Of a DNA stretch of 64,000 nt, positions 8,227 through 15,031 are shown piece after piece (position 1 is the first letter of the stretch; each line of letters opens with the position of its first letter). The position numbers were made by a program, and so were the translations under genes. The stretch is from a virus (Duplodnaviria > Caudoviricetes), in the IMG/VR virus record IMGVR_UViG_3300042469_000933, positions 466-64,465 of that record; one strand, given 5' to 3'. A model generated the notes under the pieces. That model did not search any database and was not told the origin of the DNA. It saw only the letters and a list, made by a program, of their open reading frames with translations.

Positions 8227-8670
8227 ATGAAACACTTTGCAATAGCAATTGTCATCTTGTTTGCGCAAACAGCAAACGGACAAGTCAAGGAGTTGCTTGA
8301 AAATTATCACGAAGCGACCACCACAGACGCACTGAACGAAGATGCGTTCTTTCTTTCCTCTGGCCACGCTATTAAAATGTTCAAAACAAGCGTTGTCGGA
8401 ACAGCAAACTGCCTTAATAGCTGGTCAACCTTACTGGTCATGCTCAAAAAAGACCACACTTATCTTGAGCGAAGCGTCAGCAAAGTAGTAATGCCAAAAA
8501 ATGCTGCGCCAATGACAGATTATGAAGCAGTCTCTATAATGCTGCGACTAGATCAAGCTTCAATAGAGGTTCAAGACAACTTTGTCTTCTTTGGTGACAC
8601 AATAACACTCTGCTTGTCAATGCAGCAAAAAGGAAGCTCTGTTGCCGTGTTGAGCAAAGAATCATTTTAA
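8227..8670 (+). CDS. secreted/periplasmic hypothetical protein
   Basis: MKHFAIAIVILFAQTANG-Q signal peptide, with Gln at +1 as is typical of Bacteroidota. The DNA is AT-richer than its neighbours. Confidence 0.6.
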   Translation: MKHFAIAIVILFAQTANGQVKELLENYHEATTTDALNEDAFFLSSGHAIKMFKTSVVGTANCLNSWSTLLVMLKKDHTYLERSVSKVVMPKNAAPMTDYEAVSIMLRLDQASIEVQDNFVFFGDTITLCLSMQQKGSSVAVLSKESF

Positions 8671-8672
8671 CC

Positions 8673-9476
8673 ATGAGCAAGCAGCCCATAGTTCTCCGAC
8701 AGTCGCTGATCAAAGCGTTGGATGAAGAAAAGAAACCATGCCATGCCAAGGCGAAAGCCATCTACATCGACGGCATGCCATCACTGCCATCCAAGGCCAT
8801 GCAACGAGGCTTGTTCTTCGAGACCTTGGTGTACGGCATGACCGACCAAGGCGAGGTCGTTGAAATGGACCGGAACGCCAATGGCGCCAAGTCGGAAGCA
8901 CAGCAACGCGTGGAGTACCATGCATACCGGGTCAAGGGACCGCTTCGTCAGGAATTCCAGATGAATTACATCCGGCCGCGCGAGGTGATCGAAGTGCAGC
9001 TGAACAACCCTCGCTACACCTTCAGGGCTTCATTCGACATGGTATCATCCATGCGCATCCAGACCGGTGAGGTGGTGGACGAAGCCATCATCGACTGGAA
9101 GATCACGGAAAGCATCCTGTCCAACTTCGGAGACTTCGCCTGGGGCACTCCGCACACGATGGACCACATCCAAGCGCAAGCGTACAGCTGGGCCTACATC
9201 CAGAAGTACGGCAAGCAGGCTCCGTTCTTCTACTACGTGATGGACCTGAGCCCGCAGAAGCTGTCCAAGTTCGTAGGTGGTTACGTGAGCAAGACGGACA
9301 TGGCCGAGTTCAAGGAACGTCTTCGCCGAACCGTGGCTACGATCGAGCACAACGAAGCCCGGAACGAGTGGGAAATCAACCCCAGTCAGGACAACTGCCG
9401 CGGTTGCCCTCTGAAGTCCACGTGTGAAGGCTACAAGAATGGAGCGGATATTCAGATCATCTTCCACGGCATTTAA
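8673..9476 (+). CDS. Cas4-like / PD-(D/E)XK nuclease with probable Fe-S cluster
   Basis: N-terminal Cys, FD, IIDWK, QAQAY and C-terminal CRGCPLKSTC. Confidence 0.8.
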   Translation: MSKQPIVLRQSLIKALDEEKKPCHAKAKAIYIDGMPSLPSKAMQRGLFFETLVYGMTDQGEVVEMDRNANGAKSEAQQRVEYHAYRVKGPLRQEFQMNYIRPREVIEVQLNNPRYTFRASFDMVSSMRIQTGEVVDEAIIDWKITESILSNFGDFAWGTPHTMDHIQAQAYSWAYIQKYGKQAPFFYYVMDLSPQKLSKFVGGYVSKTDMAEFKERLRRTVATIEHNEARNEWEINPSQDNCRGCPLKSTCEGYKNGADIQIIFHGI

Positions 9477-9479
9477 GCC

Positions 9480-9722
9480 ATGAAGCGTACGCTCATAAGC
9501 AAACACGGAGAGCTCACCGACAACCTGGTGGCCGGTAAGTTGTACATCTGCAGAGTTTCGGGTCGCCCTGTTCTGTATGTGGGGAGTTTCGAGGGTCTTT
9601 CCACAGCAGGACTCGTGTACAACCCGGTCACCGGGACGGTGATCCATGAAGAAGTTCATGATGACCAGTTGATGACGCTGGCGCAAGCTCAAGCCAATGC
9701 CCATGAAAATCCAAAAGGGTAG
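9480..9722 (+). CDS. hypothetical protein
   Basis: 80-aa ORF, aagccATG. Confidence 0.55.
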   Translation: MKRTLISKHGELTDNLVAGKLYICRVSGRPVLYVGSFEGLSTAGLVYNPVTGTVIHEEVHDDQLMTLAQAQANAHENPKG

Positions 9723-9912
9723 CACCGTATGGTTCCATGGCAAGTTCTACGGTCGGCGGTACACTTGCTTGCGCGGAACGGCACTGGAGGAAGGTGAGAC
9801 CGGGGTGGCCCGTTCCATCAAAGTACTGATACCCGGAGCGTTCAAGCCGAACGTGCTTGTGGTGCCCGGGTGCAACATCTACATCGTCAAGGATGTTAAC
9901 TTGCCGGCCTAA
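9703..9912 (+). CDS. hypothetical protein
   Basis: About 69-aa basic ORF filling the gap. Confidence 0.45.
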   Translation: MKIQKGSTVWFHGKFYGRRYTCLRGTALEEGETGVARSIKVLIPGAFKPNVLVVPGCNIYIVKDVNLPA

Positions 9913-9924
9913 ACCCAACAGACC

Positions 9925-10629
9925 ATGGCAAAGAATCGTTCCATAGAGAAACTGGTGATTGTCCCCAATGTGGGCCTCATCATCACCCACTCCGGTGAGC
10001 GCGACAAAGGCGCGAAAGGAGTACGGTCCAAGACCAACGAGACCGTGTACGCAGAACCGTCCGACGAGTTCAAGACCGCCATCAAGCGGCTGACCGAGGG
10101 ACTGATCGGTACCACTGCCCTGTCCGCTTTCGAATCAGCGATGAACAGCGACAAGGTGACCAAGAACTTCGAAGGGAAAGAGTTGAATGCGACCCTGAAG
10201 GCTATCTTCAAGTTCATCGGTAGCAGCGTTTCCATCCGTGGGGCTGTCATCCGTCGCAACGAAGGCACCTTGGTAGGCGTGAAGATTGCTGGCACCTACG
10301 TCAACCCCAAGGGGGAGGCCATGGCCATCAGCTCGCCCATGATCCAACTGGACCAGAACGTCTACGGTTGGGAAGCCAAGCTGATCGAAGCCGTGGAGGC
10401 TGTCGAAGCTGAAGCGCTGAACTTCCTGAACGGAGAGTACCAGAAGATCGAAGTGATCGAGAAGGATCCCAAGGCCAAAAAGGAGGAAGAGCCTGCCGAA
10501 GAGCCCAAAAAAGCCAAGGCAGTTCTCAAGCAAGCGAAGCTGGACCTGGATGACTTGGATGAAGCTCCGGCGCCCAAGAAGAAGACGATCGGCTCCGTGA
10601 TGCGGGCCGTGGCCAAGGAGGCTGCATAG
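9925..10629 (+). CDS. hypothetical protein with Lys/Glu/Ala-rich tail
   Basis: 234 aa with strong codon bias, followed by a terminator. Confidence 0.7.
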   Translation: MAKNRSIEKLVIVPNVGLIITHSGERDKGAKGVRSKTNETVYAEPSDEFKTAIKRLTEGLIGTTALSAFESAMNSDKVTKNFEGKELNATLKAIFKFIGSSVSIRGAVIRRNEGTLVGVKIAGTYVNPKGEAMAISSPMIQLDQNVYGWEAKLIEAVEAVEAEALNFLNGEYQKIEVIEKDPKAKKEEEPAEEPKKAKAVLKQAKLDLDDLDEAPAPKKKTIGSVMRAVAKEAA

Positions 10630-10654
10630 TGGTTTGTGCGGTGTTTGGAGCAAG

Positions 10655-10690
10655 AGAAGGGGTCGCCGCAAGGTGGCCCCTTTTCTGTTT
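10655..10690 (+). terminator. Rho-independent terminator
   Basis: AAGGGGTCGCC-GCAA-GGTGGCCCCTT stem-loop followed by TTTTCTGTTT. Confidence 0.8.
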
Positions 10691-10701
10691 GGGAGAAGCA
10701 T

Positions 10702-10709
10702 TACTTTTG
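10702..10709 (+). promoter_or_regulatory. Bacteroidota sigma -7 element (TAnnTTTG)
   Basis: TACTTTTG 25 nt upstream of ATG 10735. No correctly spaced -33 element was seen. Confidence 0.5.
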
Positions 10710-10734
10710 GAGTCTAACTAACCCCAACAGAATC

Positions 10735-11076
10735 ATGTACCCAGTAATCAGTGACAACCTGAACAACATCCGTTTGACCTTGGATGTCCGCACCGCCGGA
10801 ACCAGCACCAACCCTGAAGGTCTCCCTGCCGAGATCGACGGTGATGTCCAGTACGAGGTACTGGAAGGTGACGTGGAAGTGGTCCCCACCGACGGTACCA
10901 ACGGCAAAGAAGTGCTGCTCGTGAGCAACGCTCCCAACACCGTGAACCGCATTCGTGTGTTCGCCGACAAGCGCTTGGGCGAAGAAACGGTGCTGATCGA
11001 AGATGAGATCGTGTACACCGTGACCGCTGCAGAAGCTGCTGGCTTCGGCTTCAGCGGAGTGGCCGAAACCAAGTAA
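10735..11076 (+). CDS. small acidic beta-rich (Ig-like) protein
   Basis: Alternating Val/Thr-rich beta pattern, 113 aa from ATG 10735. Confidence 0.6.
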   Translation: MYPVISDNLNNIRLTLDVRTAGTSTNPEGLPAEIDGDVQYEVLEGDVEVVPTDGTNGKEVLLVSNAPNTVNRIRVFADKRLGEETVLIEDEIVYTVTAAEAAGFGFSGVAETK

Positions 11077-11079
11077 GCC

Positions 11080-11406
11080 ATGAGGGTTGACGTCTTCTTC
11101 CCTGAGGTGGAGTTCGAGAACGCGCAAGTGTTCCGGCTCCAAGTGAACCGTACGTGCACGGTGAAGATTGTGGACGAAGCACGATCGGTCCGATGGTTTG
11201 CTGACAACGACCAAGTTCTTAGCATCACCACCGCTGAGGACGGCAAGTCCGCCGAGGTGAAGTCCCTTGCACCGGGAAAGTCCGAAATCTGGCTGTTCAC
11301 CAAGGTCGGAGCGAACGATGTCATTGTGACCAAGCTGTTTATTGACGTGTTCGACCGCGAAGCAGCTTCTTTCAAGGTCACGTCACAGACGGAAGTGTCC
11401 AAGTAG
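11080..11406 (+). CDS. small Ig-like (Big_2-like) protein
   Basis: VRWFADNDQVLSI...AEVKSLAPGKSEI resembles bacterial Ig-like group 2 folds. Confidence 0.6.
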   Translation: MRVDVFFPEVEFENAQVFRLQVNRTCTVKIVDEARSVRWFADNDQVLSITTAEDGKSAEVKSLAPGKSEIWLFTKVGANDVIVTKLFIDVFDREAASFKVTSQTEVSK

Positions 11407-11425
11407 ACCACCCAGCGTTCAACTG

Positions 11426-11454
11426 AAAGGGTCACCGTAACTGGTGGCCCTTTT
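11426..11454 (+). terminator. Rho-independent terminator (possibly bidirectional)
   Basis: AAAGGGTCACC-GTAACT-GGTGGCCCTTTT. Confidence 0.75.
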
Positions 11455-11472
11455 ACATTGGTAGTAATGAAA

Positions 11473-11511
11473 GAGGGGCAGCACATCGCGCGCTGCCCCT
11501 CCCCCTTTTTT
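11473..11511. terminator. second hairpin at the convergence of the two transcription blocks
   Basis: GAGGGGCAGC...GCTGCCCCTC perfect 10-bp stem followed by CCC and a T-run. Confidence 0.65.
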
Positions 11512-11521
11512 CAGTGTGCTC

Positions 11522-14500
11522 CTACGACCGTATGTAGACCGGACAGCTTGCGAAGTTGTACACTGTGTAAAACGAGACCAAAAGCGTTGGTATCACCACG
11601 ATGATGGGTGTGACCAACTGCTGCTCAGTACCCGTCCAGACGTATTGCTGACCAGTGAATATGGCCACAGGCCTGTCCGTGAGCACGTTGTTCAGCTGGA
11701 TCTCCGGAATGTGCGCCTCGTACGTGTTGCCAGCAATGGGTGTCAACACGATCGGAGGGAACAACAGCTCAGGACCTGGCTGCATGATCCAGAACGTTGT
11801 GCTGTTGACCAGGATCGTCTCTGGCGCAATGGGCGTGTATGCTATCTGATAGTCCGTGAGCAGGTTACTCCACACCACGATGGACCCGACCGGAAGCGTA
11901 CCAACAGACCCCGTATCGCTCACGATGAAGTAGCGTGTTGCCGGCGGGTTGCTTCCGGGGTACGGAAGTTCAGCCAGGTCAATTGCGAACCGTACATCAT
12001 ACTGCTTAGGTGGAAGACAGGTCGGGTTGGTCTCAAACTCAGACGTGTAGATGATTGCCGCCGCATGCACCGGGCACGCGATGTAATTATAGCTCCAACG
12101 AGCCTGTGTCCATGGATTCGTGAAAGTGACCAATACCCAGTCCACCACATCACTCTCAACGCCCGTCCATGCTGTTTGCCAGACGCCTCCAACGAGAAAC
12201 TGAAGACGCACCGGACGGTCTTGGAAGAACGTCTCCGGCGGAGGTGGTTGGTACCCGCGCAGGTAGTATTCGCCAACGCCAGCACCGGCCTGTATCCAAA
12301 GCGAAGCTGGAGCGTAGTAGGAAACCGCGGTACTGCCACTACTTGTGACCACATAAAACTCAGGCAGCAGCTGGTTTTGGATCACTGTTCCTGGAGGAAG
12401 CAGGAACGGCACCCATGGGATGACCGGACCACCTCCATTGTAGTTCGTGACCATGGTAAACGGAGGGAATGTGCCAAGACCATCGTTATCGCTGATGATG
12501 AGGAACACAGCTTCCGAATAGGCCGGATCATCGTACGCTGGCAAGTCCGACAGGTCTATCACACCATCCAGCTTGAATCCGCCGGTTGGCAGACACGGAT
12601 CTACCGGGTCCGGACAACTGTCATTGTCCGTAAAAAAGCCAGCAATGAAATTCGACAGTGGATTGGTCTCGTGCAGAGCTTCAATGAACACGATGGAACC
12701 GAGCGGGAATGGCCCAAGAACCGCGATGTCGAACTCATTCAACGGAACAGTGTTTGTTGGCGCACCACCATTCACCGAGTATCGTACCACGACCTGTGTG
12801 CTTGGGTTATCGCCGGCAAACAAGATCTCCACGTCAATGCTGAACTCGTCATTGGGACAGTCATCTGTAACAACTACTGAAACACTAGGAGACGTGTTCG
12901 GTTGTGAACATCCGACCTGAAACAGCCATTCGGTCTGAGTTCCGTCCATCACGCTGTCGGACGAATCAGTATCCACCTCCATGTACAACTGCGTGCCCGC
13001 TGTTGTTGCAGTCAGACCGGACAGGCTGTCAACTGTACTTACAGCCAGCAAGATCCCGGAGTTATCGACACCATCATAGATCCGAATGATGTCATCCGAA
13101 GACTGGATGGTGCCAGAAATGAACGTGATAGTAATGGTCTGTCCGGGCAACGTGTTGAACAGCCAAGACTGATTGAAGTTCCCATACTGGTACTCCAGCA
13201 ACAGGTTCGTCACACAATCCAGCTCAACGGTAAAATCCTCGGGCTCAAAGCGGGTGCTGACCGCTTGTGGGCACTGGTCGAAGTACGTAGCACGTACACC
13301 GTACGGCATGAACCCGGGCCATGGAACATCAACACCTATGGCCAGATCGTTTTCAACCCCTATCCACAGCGAGGACCATTCAGCATCTTCGTTCTGAACT
13401 TCAACGTACACGGTACGGTACCGCCCGACCGTGGAAGGTGGGTTCGTGGAGATCAACTGCCAGATGCCTCCCAACGCCATAGTCTGCACCAGCATGATAG
13501 GCGGATAAGCCTGTATGGCCGTTCCGCCACCCACTTGCCAAAGACCCGAAGCTCCGGAAGGAGAGTCCATCTGGAGCACGGTGCCGTCCGCAGGTGTGGT
13601 AAACACCGCATTCGTCACCGTCTGCCCCTCACGGCCCGTCCAGCCGTTCACAGCCCCCGTCAGGTTGCTCACAATGAGATAAGTCACCCCAGGCAGGGCA
13701 GAGGGCTCAAAAGCAACGTCAACAGCCCTATCGGCCGTTTCTGTGGCCGAATAGACCAAAGGCGTCGTAAAGGAGCCCAGGAACAGGTTGCACTCCGCAT
13801 CAGCCAGGTTGGTGATGGTAAGCTGAACTGTGTCGCCATGCTGGTATGGGCCGACCAGGATAGCATCGATGCCGGTCATCAGGATGCCGGGTTGCTCGAT
13901 GCCGTTAATGAGCTGGACCAGAAGGCCGACCGGGAAGCCGGTGATCGACACAATGTTCACGTCGATCGACCAGGAGTTGTTGGAGCAATCCAGCACAGGG
14001 TTCGTAGTGGCCACCAGCGTTCCGCAACCACCAATAGGCGGGACCACCTGAACGGGGGGCGCTGGCCACGTGCAGCCAAGGGCGCTGTACGTAGCTTCCA
14101 CAGACTCTACATCCGCCGGCAAGTTTACCAGCACCGGATACCCGATGTCGTTCTCCGGACCGTTGTACACGATCACCGGCAAACCGTCCACAATGGCACG
14201 GACAGTGACCATGCGACCGGAGTACCACGCAATCTGTGGATACGTGGACTGCAGGGCATAAATGTTCGGTGCATTGAGCACCATGGTGACCGGCGGATAG
14301 AGCTGGCCAGGGCTGTTGAGTCCGAGCATTGTCCAGAGCACACCCCCTTGATCACGGAATACATCACCAAGGTTGAATGGAACCACTTCAAAAAAACCGT
14401 TCCATCGGATAAGCGTTCCGGGCACGAAGCTGGTGCCGATCGTATCAGTGGCCACGAGATACGTGTCTCCTACCAACGGAGGCCCTGCAATGATGGCTGC

Positions 14501-15031
14501 AAGGTCATCAGTATCCACCGCGGCAACGATGTCAGCCGTGATCACCGGATCACAGTTTGGAGAACCGGATGGTGGAGGGTCTCCACAGGGTACCAAATAG
14601 GGCAGGGGAAGGTTCTGGACCACTGTGTCCGCCTGGTAGAACCCGGCCTTGATGAGCAGCGTCCGAATGTCGTACTTGTGCACGGTGGAGAAATACGTGA
14701 CCCAGCAGTTCATCTGGAACAGGCCCCAGTAATGCGCTTGGCCAAGGTCGATACCCGTACGCGCAATGTCCGAGACCCGAAGGTTGAACGCCTGCAACGC
14801 AAGGTCAGCCACCAAGCGCAGGTCTTCAATGAGCCGCAGGCTGTTGTCGCAGGGCGTCGTGAAACCGAAGTATCCGGAGTTGTCGATCGTGTCGAAGGCC
14901 TCACGAATAGCTGGAGCAATTGCTTCGTTCAGGCAGGCCTCCACACAGTCAGGGTACAGCCAGGTGTACGGCGTCTCGCAGCAGGATATCTCCTGCAAGC
15001 GAGGTGTGGCACATTTTAGCAGGTAGCGCAT
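11522..15031 (-). CDS. virion fiber/adhesin-like protein with four internal repeats and a CUB-like domain
   Basis: Four units of D...Y/F-L-I-V-S-D...PP...R-x-V...W-x-G-x-E...Y...CP (partly DUF2793-like), plus the CUB-like segment WLF..PGQTITITF...DIIRIYDG...LYMEVDTDSS. Confidence 0.65.
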   Translation of the reverse strand: MRYLLKCATPRLQEISCCETPYTWLYPDCVEACLNEAIAPAIREAFDTIDNSGYFGFTTPCDNSLRLIEDLRLVADLALQAFNLRVSDIARTGIDLGQAHYWGLFQMNCWVTYFSTVHKYDIRTLLIKAGFYQADTVVQNLPLPYLVPCGDPPPSGSPNCDPVITADIVAAVDTDDLAAIIAGPPLVGDTYLVATDTIGTSFVPGTLIRWNGFFEVVPFNLGDVFRDQGGVLWTMLGLNSPGQLYPPVTMVLNAPNIYALQSTYPQIAWYSGRMVTVRAIVDGLPVIVYNGPENDIGYPVLVNLPADVESVEATYSALGCTWPAPPVQVVPPIGGCGTLVATTNPVLDCSNNSWSIDVNIVSITGFPVGLLVQLINGIEQPGILMTGIDAILVGPYQHGDTVQLTITNLADAECNLFLGSFTTPLVYSATETADRAVDVAFEPSALPGVTYLIVSNLTGAVNGWTGREGQTVTNAVFTTPADGTVLQMDSPSGASGLWQVGGGTAIQAYPPIMLVQTMALGGIWQLISTNPPSTVGRYRTVYVEVQNEDAEWSSLWIGVENDLAIGVDVPWPGFMPYGVRATYFDQCPQAVSTRFEPEDFTVELDCVTNLLLEYQYGNFNQSWLFNTLPGQTITITFISGTIQSSDDIIRIYDGVDNSGILLAVSTVDSLSGLTATTAGTQLYMEVDTDSSDSVMDGTQTEWLFQVGCSQPNTSPSVSVVVTDDCPNDEFSIDVEILFAGDNPSTQVVVRYSVNGGAPTNTVPLNEFDIAVLGPFPLGSIVFIEALHETNPLSNFIAGFFTDNDSCPDPVDPCLPTGGFKLDGVIDLSDLPAYDDPAYSEAVFLIISDNDGLGTFPPFTMVTNYNGGGPVIPWVPFLLPPGTVIQNQLLPEFYVVTSSGSTAVSYYAPASLWIQAGAGVGEYYLRGYQPPPPETFFQDRPVRLQFLVGGVWQTAWTGVESDVVDWVLVTFTNPWTQARWSYNYIACPVHAAAIIYTSEFETNPTCLPPKQYDVRFAIDLAELPYPGSNPPATRYFIVSDTGSVGTLPVGSIVVWSNLLTDYQIAYTPIAPETILVNSTTFWIMQPGPELLFPPIVLTPIAGNTYEAHIPEIQLNNVLTDRPVAIFTGQQYVWTGTEQQLVTPIIVVIPTLLVSFYTVYNFASCPVYIRS

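Noticed and set aside
8673-9476. Possible CRISPR-Cas locus around the Cas4-like gene
   Set aside because: No repeat-spacer array or other cas genes were seen in the window.
885-10500. Similar AAGGCCAA...GGAAGAGCCTGC stretches at about 885-916 and 10469-10500
   Set aside because: Short and explained by K/E/P/A low-complexity linkers using the same preferred codons.
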